From contig CP136572.1 in assembly GCA_035193785.1 (NCBI GenBank), forward strand, positions 3,636,578-3,700,577: a stretch of DNA of 64,000 nt, read 5' to 3'. Below the pieces are notes generated by a model. The model was not told the DNA's origin and made no database searches. It worked only from the letters and a program-made list of their open reading frames with translations. The position numbers and the translations under genes are program-made. Positions 1-10,870 of the stretch are shown one piece after another; positions within the stretch are counted from its first letter, which is position 1, and each line of letters begins with the position of its first letter. This DNA comes from Planktothrix sp. GU0601_MAG3 (GTDB lineage: Bacteria; Cyanobacteriota; Cyanobacteriia; Cyanobacteriales; Microcoleaceae).

Positions 1-66
1 CGCTATAGACCAAAGCTAGGGTTTTGATTACAATTTGTAAAGCAGGTTGACATCAAACCCATTCGC

Positions 67-667
67 TTGACTATGAACCACCCCAGAACATCCAGTAACT
101 TCCCGATTAACGTTGATTTTCTCCCCCCCGATGTCATCCCCTTCACCGGAAAAATTGGCATGACCTACGCCCCCGGAAAATCCCATCAAGGGATGCACCT
201 TCTCTGGGATCGTAGTTTATATCATGACCTAGACCGCCTGCGCTATTTCTACCACACCGATGTTTTGGTATCCCTGATTGAAACCCCACGAATTCCATAA
301 AGTCCAAATTCCCACCCTATTCCCCGAAGCCCAAGCTAGAGGGATGGAAACCATCTGGTTTCCCATTCCCGACCTAAAAGTCCCCACCTCGATGCCAGGT
401 GTCATTAACCTAGTTCCCCAAATTCTTGACCGCGCCAAAGCAGGTAAAATCGTTGTGGTTCACTGTATGGGGGGATTTGGACGCACGGGAACGATTGTTT
501 CTTGTTGCTTAGTTACCTTGGGTTATACTCCAGAAGATGCGATCGCCATTGTCCGCCATACCCGTGAATATTGTGTAGAAACCACCGAACAAGAAGAATA
601 TGTGAGCAAATTTGCCCAAGCCTGGAAACGGTCATCAGTTGTGGGGGCGGGGTTACTTTGCCCCTAA
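67..667 (+). CDS. Dual-specificity/protein-tyrosine phosphatase (CDKN3-like); split by +1 insertion at GAAAC 280-284
   Basis: ORFs 67..300 and 278..667 join as ...LIEPHEFHK... when one A is removed; CX5R motif HCMGGFGRTG. Confidence 0.85.
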
Positions 668-685
668 TGATAACCTAGGCAACCC

Positions 686-1645
686 TTGCTTAATCTCTCA
701 ATAAACCATAATCTTTTATTGCCAAAGATGAATACACAGGAGGTAATCAGATCAGCATCTCATTATTTAGATGGCCTGTCTGGACATATTTTTGATCTGT
801 TGGATATTTCTAAACCGATTTCTGTAGATGCCGCAGTTAATCTATCTAAAGTCATCTCCAAACTTTCCCCACTCCTGGGAAATTTGATTGAATTTAATAC
901 AGTAGAATTTTTGAATAAACAAAACGAATTTTCCGAGTTTGGCAAGTGGCAACGGCAAGATCCTGGTTTTCCAGATACTATTTTTGTTGGAAACGTTCAA
1001 CCCATACCAGGTTTAGAAATTAAAGCCTGGTTTCCCCTCGCCACGGAAATAACAGCACGTTTCAAAGATAGTCAAAATCACTTCCAATTTGACCAGACTT
1101 ATGTTGCAATATTGGCATGGCTACCGGAAAATATTATTTATGGTAAGCCTCAAATTATTGATGTCTGTGTTGTTTCCGGTTTGTCTGTGGCTACTGCTAG
1201 AGATAATCATTATCATAACCCACCGGATTATCTGGTTTTAGAGCCAGAGGATACGACTCAGAGAACAGCAAATTTACAACAAACCAACACGAATGGCTAT
1301 AAATTTCAAGGTTCTACTGAGGAGCTTTTAGAAGCACAAACAATCATAGAATTATGGGGGAGTGAAGGAAGAATTTACAAACCAACTAGAGAATATCAAT
1401 TACAGTTACGCGAATTACTCACCCGCTACAAATATAGACTCGATACGAATTTTGCCAAGATGGATCGAATTGAACATCCAGGTATTGAGCAATTTAAACA
1501 GCGTGTCTTTAACATTGAAATGTGTGGTATGAAGATCGGGGAATGGAATAGACTTTTATCCAGCCGTAAAGAGGAAAGAATTAAGCAAGCTTTACAAAGT
1601 TATTTGGATATTAAAGAAGAGAGTATTGATAAAATTCTGGATTAA
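686..1645 (+). CDS. Putative type II restriction endonuclease (PD-(D/E)XK); start probably at 728
   Basis: PGFPD...GLEIKAW motif; convergent with and overlapping a DNA methyltransferase. Confidence 0.6.
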   Translation: MLNLSINHNLLLPKMNTQEVIRSASHYLDGLSGHIFDLLDISKPISVDAAVNLSKVISKLSPLLGNLIEFNTVEFLNKQNEFSEFGKWQRQDPGFPDTIFVGNVQPIPGLEIKAWFPLATEITARFKDSQNHFQFDQTYVAILAWLPENIIYGKPQIIDVCVVSGLSVATARDNHYHNPPDYLVLEPEDTTQRTANLQQTNTNGYKFQGSTEELLEAQTIIELWGSEGRIYKPTREYQLQLRELLTRYKYRLDTNFAKMDRIEHPGIEQFKQRVFNIEMCGMKIGEWNRLLSSRKEERIKQALQSYLDIKEESIDKILD

Positions 1646-2694
1646 ATCTCTCTGTACCCCAGTAAAAATAGTCTGGGTCAATTTCACAGGAGTAGGCTTT
1701 TCGATTTAACTGACGTGCTGCCAGAGAAGCACTAAACAAACCTCCAAACGGTTCCCATATAATATCATTTTCATCACTGGAAGATTGAATAATCAGACTC
1801 ATAAGATCAAGAGGTTTTTGATTAAGATGTAATGCTTTACCAGATTTGGTTTTAATTCGTTCATTTCCTCGTAAAGCCGAACGTTCCCAAACATTTGTAA
1901 ACCCATGGGGACAATGAAATTTTGAGCGCATTTTGCTCCATTCTTGTTTAGTCAAAGAGCGTTGATTATCTAAGGAAAAATAGGGTTTACCTTCTGAATT
2001 ACCCTTTTCATTAGCATAATTAACTAGACGCTCAAACATTTCTGGCGGGGGAAAATACCATAAATGTCCTTGATCAAAATATTTTCTGGTTGCAGCATCA
2101 GCAACACCGCAAGCATCATTTGCGCGTTTGAGGGGTAGTCCTGAACGTTTCCATTCTTTCAGCAACCATGTTTTTAAAGGCAAATTGTTAATTGTTACTT
2201 CTCTAACATATTGAACACAAACTTCTGTAACAACTGGAAACCTACGAATTTTTTCGGTATTAACATTACCTGCAATATGACCTTTGCCTTTATTCCAAAT
2301 ATTGCAATTCACATAACGCCATCCGTATTTTTCCAGAATGGGATGAACAACAGCCCAGCCTATTTCTGAATTCCAAAACCAAAGTGTCGTACAAGGCATC
2401 GCTGCTTTTGACCAAGCTTGAATATGGGGTTTCATACCACTGAGGTAAATTAAGATGATCTGATGTATCTCCTTCAAATCCTAAAACACCATAAGCTCCA
2501 TCTGAAACAATAACAGTGGGTTGTTCCCATTGTTCATAATATTCGAGGCTATTACCTAAACACAAAGTAACAAATTCATCACTCCATTGAGAAAAGCTTG
2601 GACTTGCATCTAGTTTAACGACTTTTCCACGACCGACTGTACTCGTTGCTTTGGGTTTTAAGGTGTTGTAGGGGGGTTTGTTAGGTAAAGTCAT
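1611..2694 (-). CDS. Amino (N4-C/N6-A) DNA methyltransferase, beta-type motif order; +1 insertion at 2429-2433
   Basis: ORFs 2290..2694 and 1611..2477 join as ...WYEPHIQAW...; IVSDGAYG catalytic-type motif, HLNQKP and WEPFGGLFS SAM-binding motif. Confidence 0.85.
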
Positions 2695-2765
2695 TGACTC
2701 AATTTACAGGCTAAAAAAAAGTAAAGTTTATATTGGCTTATTTTATTCTAAAATTTTAGAAAACA

Positions 2766-4658
2766 CTACATATACGACATTGGTTTTTTACCAGCACCAC
2801 AGTTAGCGCATCTAACCCAACCCTGATCTCGATAGTTATTGCCATAATCTCTGAAACTATCTCTACTATCTACCGCTTCTCCGCATTTCCAACAGTGATT
2901 AATGTAAACATTGTAATTATGGTTACTGCCATCTAAACCAGAAGTATCATCAACTCGGTGGCTTGGAACACTATCTGGACAATGAAAAACAGTAATTGCG
3001 TATATTCTTGAGTATTTAGTATACTTAGGATCGAAATCCATGAACTTCTGGCAATAGCTGCATTGTAATCTGTTAGAGTTTCTTCTTATAAAATTCATCC
3101 ATTCTTGAATTTTTCTTATATAGTCTTCTGGGTTTAATCTAGTACCATCAGAAAAAGCAATATCTACATTTTTATTAGCTAGGAAATTTTCTAATCTTAA
3201 ATCCTTCAAGTTATCCAAGTCTATAGTATAACAAAGTGGGCTATTAAATATATTATACCCTGGATTATAACCATCTAAAAAAGGAGAAATTAAAGAAGTT
3301 TCTCCTTGACAATTAATTATTAATTTTAATAAAGATTTATGTATTTCCCAAAAAGAGATTTTATTATGAGAAAATAGATTGATAGCAAAAGATATTAGGG
3401 CATCATCATCCTGAGATATATTGTTAATTAAATTGTCAATACATACTTGTTCTTCAAAAGCTCGATACAAACTATAAATTTTCGCTTTCTTTGATAGTCG
3501 CTCCCACACATTTATTGGATCAGCCTGAAAAATGTTCCATATAGAATCTACTTGAACTTTTGGCTTAAATGACTGAAATATCTTTGATTCTCTCTTTAAA
3601 TTATTAGGAAGTAAGTGTATTAGGGTATTTTGTTCTTTTTCAGATAGCTCCATAATGTCTTGAGATAGTTCATTGACTATTTCTATAGAAAACTTGTTAA
3701 TTAAATTGTCAATACATACTTGTTCTTCAAAAGCTCTATACAAACTATACTTTTTCGCTTCCTTTGATAGTTGCTCCCACACATTTATTTGATCAGCTTT
3801 AAAAATATTCCATATAGAATCTACTTGAACTTTTGGCTTAAATGACTGGAAGATCTTTGATTCTATCTTTAAATTATTAGGAAGTAGGTGTATTATGCTA
3901 TTTTGTTGATCTTCAGAAAAATAAGTAATGTATTTAGATACTTCATCGACTATTTCTTCTCTTTTTTCTGTTTCTATAGACTCTTGATAAATCTGATCAT
4001 AGATATTCAAATGAGCGTCTATCGTTAATGTTCTTAATAGCATTAATTTATAGAGTTTATTACGAAGGTTTTTTGATTCAACATAAAGCCGTATGGGAAT
4101 ATTATTATAGAGCTTTAAATAATCTTCCGTTGTTAATTGCTCTAGCTTCGCAAGAAGCTCTTTTGATTCTAAATAAAGTCTGCTAGGGATACTTTTTAGA
4201 AAATCAATCTTTTTCTCTGTTCCTCTCTCAAATTCAGATTTATCTTGTTTAGCCGAGGGATTTAAAAGCTTTATCAAGTTCAATTTTTTGAAGCACAGTT
4301 TTATGAGTTGATCTTCGTTTTCATTTTGCCTCAGAGCAAGTTTTAAATATCTCTTAAAAAATCGTAGCCAAAAACGATCTTTGTTACTTTTAGCGCATAT
4401 TGATAAAGTTTCTAAATCACTATTTTTTGTTACTAGCTCAATATTAATTGCTTCCGGTTCGGACTTGTCCTTTTGATGTTCAAGTTCAAATATAACAAAA
4501 ACTCCTGGTTTTATCAAGGATTCATTGCCTAGAATCCCATTTGTGTAGAAAGAATATTCCTGAGTTTCAGTAACAGATACAGAGCCAAAATACTTTACTT
4601 TACCAGTTTTTGAACGTAAGCTTCTATAGCGACTGACCCGCCCAACTACTTTAGTCAT
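2766..4658 (-). CDS. Hypothetical 630-aa protein: N-terminal cold-shock/OB-like region, internal duplication, C-terminal Cys/His cluster
   Basis: GKVKYFG...VIFELE N-terminus; duplicated block with 273-bp period; CSYC, HCWKC and CANC motifs; AT-rich. Confidence 0.6.
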   Translation of the reverse strand: MTKVVGRVSRYRSLRSKTGKVKYFGSVSVTETQEYSFYTNGILGNESLIKPGVFVIFELEHQKDKSEPEAINIELVTKNSDLETLSICAKSNKDRFWLRFFKRYLKLALRQNENEDQLIKLCFKKLNLIKLLNPSAKQDKSEFERGTEKKIDFLKSIPSRLYLESKELLAKLEQLTTEDYLKLYNNIPIRLYVESKNLRNKLYKLMLLRTLTIDAHLNIYDQIYQESIETEKREEIVDEVSKYITYFSEDQQNSIIHLLPNNLKIESKIFQSFKPKVQVDSIWNIFKADQINVWEQLSKEAKKYSLYRAFEEQVCIDNLINKFSIEIVNELSQDIMELSEKEQNTLIHLLPNNLKRESKIFQSFKPKVQVDSIWNIFQADPINVWERLSKKAKIYSLYRAFEEQVCIDNLINNISQDDDALISFAINLFSHNKISFWEIHKSLLKLIINCQGETSLISPFLDGYNPGYNIFNSPLCYTIDLDNLKDLRLENFLANKNVDIAFSDGTRLNPEDYIRKIQEWMNFIRRNSNRLQCSYCQKFMDFDPKYTKYSRIYAITVFHCPDSVPSHRVDDTSGLDGSNHNYNVYINHCWKCGEAVDSRDSFRDYGNNYRDQGWVRCANCGAGKKPMSYM

Positions 4659-4812
4659 AAACCTGCACTGAATAATCCTAGTTAATACAAAGAATATTAT
4701 ATATTACAAGAAGTTTTATTCAGTATTAATCGGCATCAACGTTAACGTGGTTTCTTTGATCGCTGACGGTTCAGTTAACATCAATGCTCTTAACTCTTAC
4801 ACTGATAACTGA

Positions 4813-4839
4813 GTAAGGGCGGGGGAACCCCGCCCCTAC
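4813..4839. repeat. REP-like palindrome (GTAAGGGCGGGG..CCCCGCCCCTAC)
   Basis: Hairpin just past the glycosyltransferase stop; related copies at 7003 and 7116-7177. Confidence 0.7.
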
Positions 4840-4845
4840 AACTGG

Positions 4846-6064
4846 TTAAACAACGTGGCTTAATGGCAAACGCTGTTCCTGTAATAAATCTCGATAGAGA
4901 TGTTCCAACTGAGTGATATTTTGACTCAGGGTATAGCGTTCTAAGACCCGTTGACGGGCTTTTTGACCCACTAGAGGAATCATTTCAGGATGATCTCGTA
5001 ATAGGGGTAATAGGGTTCGCAGTTGGGAAGTTACGCCCTGGGTTTTCATAATAATTCCCGCGCCGCCTTCCATTACTTCCCCATCGGCCCCCGCATCCGT
5101 CGCCACACAAGCTGTGCCGCAGGACATTGCCTCTAATAACGAGATCGATAACCCTTCCACCATCGACGGTAAAACAAAGACATCAGACCCCCGCAGAATT
5201 TCAATCCGTCGGTCTTCATCCCCAATGAACCCAAACCAGATAATCCCATCCTCTGACCCGTAGGAGGCTTGGAGAGAGGGAGCTAAGGGCCCATCACCAA
5301 CGATGACTAACAGACAACCCGGCCCCATATTGCACTTTTTCCAGGCTTTGAGTAGGGACTCTACGTTCTTTTCCGTAGCCAAACGGCCTTGATAAACAAA
5401 AACCCGTTCCGCCCCTAATTCCTCCTTAAAGCTCGATGGCCCGGGAGAATATTTCGACCCATCGACTCCATTAGGAATAACTGCTACCCGGTGTTTTTCG
5501 ACTCCTAGACGGTTTAACATCTCCCGTTGAAACCTGGGAAAAGACAATCACACGGTCATAGTTTGCCAAAAAAGGCGCGTAGATTTGATAGGTTAAATGT
5601 TGTGTCCCCGATTGGAAATTTCGCAATTTGTGGTCAAAGGGCGTGTGAAAGGTCGCCACCAGGGGGATATTCAGTTCTGCACAAATTTCAGGTAAGACAA
5701 AATCCAACGGTGAAAGGGTCAGGGACGCATGAACCAAATCAGGTTTCAACCGTTTCAGGGACTTGGTTAGGACTTTACTAGAACTGAGGGTGGGAATTGT
5801 ATAGACTTGAGACTTATACAGACAGGGTAAAGACACCTCCTGAGTCATGGGAAAGGGTGTCACCTTGCCATTTTTGTCCTCAGTGGAGATTTTCCAGTTA
5901 CCGTTTTCCAGTTGCCATTCTGGGTTGCGGTCGTTTGTTCCTTCCTGAGCAAAGTGCAGAAAGCTAACTCGATGGCCCCGGTCTAACAGGGCGTTAGTGA
6001 TTTCCCGGGAATAAGTGACGTTACCGCAAAAGGGTGATTTTTTTCCAAGCCAAGCAATGTGCAT
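4846..6064 (-). CDS. GT4-family glycosyltransferase (SqdX/PimA-like); +1 insertion at 5529-5533
   Basis: Two ORFs join as ...VIVFSQVQREML...; QGRLATEKN and EGLSISLLEAM motifs. Confidence 0.85.
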
Positions 6065-6340
6065 TCAAGTGATTTGGAATTTATTAAAATGGGTTTGATG
6101 AGCATGACTTTACCACGATTACCGCGTTCTGTCCTTAGATTAGTCCTTATATCTCAGATCAGCCACTCCATCCTCTATCCTGGGGAATAGGAAGCCGAAT
6201 TACGGCTTCTGGGTTCGATATTCCGGTCGTTGTATTGCGTTTTGTGAAAAATCTGAAAATGAGGGTGCGATCGCCTGGTAAGATCAACTGTTGATTTTTA
6301 CCAACAGTCAATATTTACACTCGTTAGGTTTGGAGGAATA

Positions 6341-6472
6341 ATGGACGCAATTACAAGTTTTTTGGGTGATATCAACTTTGAGCTTATTGCCCAGCTTACA
6401 ATGTTAGGTCTGATTGTGGTTGCTGGCCCGGCAGTCATTATTTTACTAGCTTTTCGTGGCGGCGATCTCTAA
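6341..6472 (+). CDS. psb30: Photosystem II subunit Psb30 (Ycf12), not in the ORF track
   Basis: Translates as [48 protein letters not shown] ribosome-binding site upstream. Confidence 0.92.
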   Translation: MDAITSFLGDINFELIAQLTMLGLIVVAGPAVIILLAFRGGDL

Positions 6473-6524
6473 TCAAGATTACGGAGACGTTGGTGGCAAC
6501 GTCTCTAGTTAATTCAATCTTAAT

Positions 6525-6927
6525 TTAATCTTGAATATAATCCGATCCCGAAATTAAGGCAATTTCAGCCCGCACAAACTCCCGTCCCAGATACAACGCA
6601 TGATCCAAACAACTGACCGGACAGGGCTGGGTTTCTTCAGTAATTTTAATCCCTAATTCCTTAGCGGTTTTTCCGGTAAAAATAGCCGTAGGTTTCGCGC
6701 TTCAAACTTCCCGTACAAGGGAAAGGTTCTCCGGTTTCAGGATCAACAGCTAATCCTTTTTCATTGATAGCATTGGTGTAGTGTTCGGCACAGATTAATC
6801 CTGCTTCTCGATTAATATAAATAATGAAATATCCCGCCGGATCAAGATGAATAAAACGATTAGAAAGCTGATCGTCTAAGGCGGCGAGTGCCTTGGTGTT
6901 AGCAGTAGTTGTAGGTTGAGGAGACAC
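6525..6927 (-). CDS. DUF4346-type protein; +1 insertion at 6692-6696
   Basis: LDPAGYFII N-terminus; repaired C-terminus ...KTAKEL...LDHALYLGREFVRAEIAL...YIQD*. Confidence 0.75.
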
Positions 6928-7115
6928 GGTATTATTAATGAAATGATAAATTAAGCTGTCTATAGTTTATCTTATTTCCCGCCTAAATTTTCATCAAACC
7001 CCGTAGGGGCGGGTTCGAGTCAACCCAGAAAACTCACCCCAAAACCCACTAAACCCGACCCGACCCCAACACAATCTTAATTAATTAACCGTTAATTGTA
7101 GATTTCCATGAGCGA

Positions 7116-7177
7116 GTAGGGCGGGTTGATTAAAATTATTTGTGACAATTCAAGATTATTACAGAACCCGCCCCTAC
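7116..7177. repeat. GTAG-type inverted repeat pair (GTAGGGCGGGTT...AACCCGCCCCTAC)
   Basis: Inverted termini with an AT-rich spacer; a second related element starts at 7003. Confidence 0.65.
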
Positions 7178-7244
7178 AATATTTTGTGAAAGCGAGAATA
7201 TTTAATTAACCTCATGAAGAATTTATACTAAATTTGTAGATATC

Positions 7245-7736
7245 TTAAAAATATTGAATGATTAACGGCTTTTCTGGAATAAATCGAGATTGAAAGGTAT
7301 CTTTTTTCCCCACGGCTTTAAAATTAGAAATATTCAGAGGAATATCTAAGGGTTTGAGGTCGGTGACTTCCCAAAAAATAGCAAAATTGGGGGCATCATT
7401 GGCGGCTGTCGCCGGACGATATTTCATTCCTTGGGGATGGCGACCTCGGCGCGAGTCTACATGACCAATATATAGCGCTTGCCAGGTGACTTTAGGAATA
7501 AAGGAACGATTTTCTTGCAAAGTTGCATAGATAAAAACTTTAACGATCCGATCATTTCGGTCTTGGTCAAGTTTGCGGAAAACTTCAAAATCTTGACTCC
7601 CAAATGCTACTTTTCCTTCCTGTTCACAAACATCCTGACCGGAAAGCAAATGAATTTCAGGTACGGGCACAAGCAGTGAAAAATTACGGGTTATCGGTTT
7701 TACAGTAGAATCGTGCATCAGCATCCTTTTCAACAC
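7245..7736 (-). CDS. Hypothetical protein
   Basis: 163-aa open frame; no family recognised with confidence. Confidence 0.6.
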   Translation of the reverse strand: MLKRMLMHDSTVKPITRNFSLLVPVPEIHLLSGQDVCEQEGKVAFGSQDFEVFRKLDQDRNDRIVKVFIYATLQENRSFIPKVTWQALYIGHVDSRRGRHPQGMKYRPATAANDAPNFAIFWEVTDLKPLDIPLNISNFKAVGKKDTFQSRFIPEKPLIIQYF

Positions 7737-7805
7737 AAGATAATTAAATTATCCCATCTTTAGGTCAGAAAAAACAGGGAATGCCACTATCAAATCAATT
7801 AAGGG

Positions 7806-9545
7806 TTAAAGGGAAACCCTTTGAGATAGTTCTTTGATGGCTTGATCGGTGCTTAAAAAAATGCGATCTCGTCCTAATTTATCCACAAACCCAATTTTTT
7901 CTAATTTATCAAAAACCGGGCCTTTGACCTCAGAAAGATAAAACTCAATTCCCATCTGGTGTAAATCCTCTATCAGACGTTGTAGGGTTTCTAAAGCACT
8001 GCCATCAATCGAGTTAATCCCACTACAAACTAACAGTAAATATTCGACTTCTTTTTGTTCTGTTACCAATTTTAATAAATAATTTTCTAAATATTTGGTA
8101 TTCACAAAATATAAACTTTCATCAATTCGTATCGCCAAAATATGGGGGATAGTCGTTACCGGATGGCGTAAAATATTGCGAAAATGTTCCGTATTTTCCA
8201 CCCGTCCTAAAATAGCAATATGGGGTTTACTGGTTCGGGCTAAATGTAAAACTAGAGAAATCAATACTCCCAAAATAATTCCCTGTTCCGCACCCGTTAG
8301 CAACACCGCAACAAAGGTACTACCCCAGGTAATTCCATCTAGTTTATTATAGTTCCATAAGCGTTTTAGGGTAGAAAAGTCAAGTAAATTTCCCACCGCT
8401 ACTAAAATAATTGCGGCTAAACTTGTTTGAGGTAAATAATAAAATAAAGGGGTAAAAAACAAAACAGTTAACATCAAAAATAATGCCGTAATAATTGATG
8501 CTAAGGCTGTATTTGCCCCAGATGAAAAGTTAACCACAGAACGACTTAACCCTCCTGTTATGGGATAGCCTCCGGTGAATGCAGCCGTTATATTCGAGGC
8601 TCCTAAAGCAATTAATTCTTGATTTGCCTCAACTTTTTGGCGTTTTTTACTGGCTAAAAACTGACCGACGGAAAAGGCTTCCATAAACCCAACAAAACTA
8701 ATGGCTAGGGCGGAAGTTCCTAATAATTTGATATGGTTTAAATCAAAATTAGGTATAGTAAAAGGTGGAAATCCTTTAGGAATTTCTCCGATTACTTTCA
8801 CCCCAAAGGCTTGATCTAAATGTAATAAACCCACTAATATTGAACTCCCAATCACTACCATTAAAGGGGCACTTTTAGTGATCGGAATAATCAGAGATTC
8901 CTTAATTTCTTTTTGTTTTAGATGTTGTCCTAATCCTTGATTAAAATATAATAATAGTGCTAAACTAATAATTCCCAAACCAAGAGTTACTACATTTAGA
9001 TTAGGGGTTTCTTTAATGATAGCAATAACCGTACTAAAAAAAGATTCTGTTTGAGGAATTTTAATTCCCAAAAGATGCTTTAATTGGCTAAACCCAATTA
9101 AAATCGCCGCCGCACTAATAAACCCAGAAATTACCGATTGACTAAGGAAATTAGCGATAAATCCTAACCGAAAAATCCCGATTAAGAGTTCAATAATTCC
9201 GACTAATAATGCTAAGGTTAAGGCATATCCCCAATATTCCGGTGTGTTTTCGCTGGCGATCGCACTAACCGCCGTTGCTACCATTAAGGAATCCACCGCC
9301 ACCGGAGCAACAGATAGCATGGAAGCTGTTCCCAAAAACCCATAAACAATCTGAGGAAAAATACTAGCATAGAGTCCCACTTCCGGGGGTAAACCTGCCA
9401 GCATTGCATAGGCCATTCCCTGGGGAACTAATAAACTAGCCACAATAATTCCGGCGGTTAAATCTCCAGTTAAATCGTCTCTTTTGTAATTTAATCCCCA
9501 ATCTAAAATCGGCAAATATTCCCGTATTCTTCCTAACTTACCCAC
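7806..9545 (-). CDS. SulP-family anion permease with STAS domain
   Basis: GDLTAG, PQGMAYAMLAGLP, GGLSRS and STAS (RIDESLYFVN) motifs; likely GTG start at 9545 overlapping the upstream stop. Confidence 0.9.
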   Translation of the reverse strand: MGKLGRIREYLPILDWGLNYKRDDLTGDLTAGIIVASLLVPQGMAYAMLAGLPPEVGLYASIFPQIVYGFLGTASMLSVAPVAVDSLMVATAVSAIASENTPEYWGYALTLALLVGIIELLIGIFRLGFIANFLSQSVISGFISAAAILIGFSQLKHLLGIKIPQTESFFSTVIAIIKETPNLNVVTLGLGIISLALLLYFNQGLGQHLKQKEIKESLIIPITKSAPLMVVIGSSILVGLLHLDQAFGVKVIGEIPKGFPPFTIPNFDLNHIKLLGTSALAISFVGFMEAFSVGQFLASKKRQKVEANQELIALGASNITAAFTGGYPITGGLSRSVVNFSSGANTALASIITALFLMLTVLFFTPLFYYLPQTSLAAIILVAVGNLLDFSTLKRLWNYNKLDGITWGSTFVAVLLTGAEQGIILGVLISLVLHLARTSKPHIAILGRVENTEHFRNILRHPVTTIPHILAIRIDESLYFVNTKYLENYLLKLVTEQKEVEYLLLVCSGINSIDGSALETLQRLIEDLHQMGIEFYLSEVKGPVFDKLEKIGFVDKLGRDRIFLSTDQAIKELSQRVSL

Positions 9546-10077
9546 GCTGATTATAAGGTAATTTTGCCAATAATATTGCCATAGCACAGGTATTACTAAT
9601 TCCCGCAAATAGCAATCCGGCTCCGACAAAACCACTTAAAAATAGGAAGTTGGGAGAAACAAATGCCCCTAATAAGGTTCCGATTAAAACTAATGATCCG
9701 GCAATAATTTGCACCTGTCGCATAATACTAATGGGGGCATTTTTATTAACAACTGTAGGATATCCCGCTTGTTTCCACGCATTTAATCCCCCTTGTAGGT
9801 GTATCACTTGTTCAAATCCTGATCCCAATAATTTCTGAGCCGCTTGACCACTACGGTTACTGGTTTGACAATACAAAACAATCGGTTTAGAAGTATCCTG
9901 GGGTATATTTGCGGGGGCAAAAGTAGATAAGGGAACTAGAATTGATCCAGCAATATATTCCCCGGCGTGTTCAGAAGGTTCTCGAACATCAATCAGTGTA
10001 ATTTTGTCTTGATCTAGCCATTGTTTTAAGGTTTGAGAATCAATGGACTGTAAGCGATCGCCAATAGATTTAACCAT
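9538..10077 (-). CDS. Rhodanese domain protein with C-terminal membrane (DUF2892/YgaP-like) region
   Basis: LIDVREPSEH, YCQTSNRS, LQGGLNAW; RQVQIIAG transmembrane tail. Confidence 0.88.
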   Translation of the reverse strand: MVKSIGDRLQSIDSQTLKQWLDQDKITLIDVREPSEHAGEYIAGSILVPLSTFAPANIPQDTSKPIVLYCQTSNRSGQAAQKLLGSGFEQVIHLQGGLNAWKQAGYPTVVNKNAPISIMRQVQIIAGSLVLIGTLLGAFVSPNFLFLSGFVGAGLLFAGISNTCAMAILLAKLPYNQRG

Positions 10078-10180
10078 ATTTTTAGAATTGATTAATTTAG
10101 TAATTTGGATTAACCCGACCTATTTTATTATACAATATCTTGATCGGATATTTAAAGTGAACTTCAAAAATATTATCACC

Positions 10181-10510
10181 TTAATCTTTATTTCCACACT
10201 GTTGATTGGCGGGAACGGCTTCAGCAATTTTTTTCGGATTAGGTAAATTTAGGTTACTCATCATTTTAATAAAACTATCTCGATCATGGCCCACAAAACG
10301 GGGATTAAATTGTTTTTCTTCTCTAATAGTAGAAACCGTTCTTCCTTGATAATCGTGACCAGGATAGACGGCGGTTTGATCGGGAAGGGCAAATAATTTT
10401 TGGGTAATATTATCATAGAGTAACCCGGCATCTCCATTTTGAAAATCCGTGCGTCCACAGCCTCTAATTAATAAGGAATCTCCGGTTAAAATGCGATCGC
10501 CATTTACTAA
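10181..10510 (-). pseudogene. C-terminal remnant of a persulfide dioxygenase (ETHE1-like MBL-fold)
   Basis: Frame reads LVNGDRILTGDSLLIRGCGRTDFQNGD...VYPGHDY...EEKQFNPR...EAVPANQQCG; no start codon and no N-terminal metal-binding half. Confidence 0.8.
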
Positions 10511-10870
10511 AATCGATTGATGTTGATGTGGCGGTGGTTAATAGCACGCTACCCGATTTGAATTTACTCAGGTTTATCCCCATGGTGAGGAAGCTGCGGG
10601 TGGGTTTCTATGTAGGGATTTATCAAGATCCGACAATTGCCCACTTAATTGTAACACCAATAACCCCAGAATAAATTTTTATTTTAATGTGAACGAAGGA
10701 AATAGATTAATTTATGGGATCTCCTTAGTATCAGGAGAGCAAAATAGGTGAGTATTTAATCTAAAATTTTCACTGGGACGGGATGCTTTACAAAAATTTA
10801 TGTTATCCTACAATCAATAGAGATTCCACCGCAGAGATTGATCAAACATTATTAGATTGAGGAAATTTTC

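Noticed and set aside
10261..10458. 65-aa minus-strand ORF
   Set aside because: Wrong frame of the persulfide dioxygenase remnant
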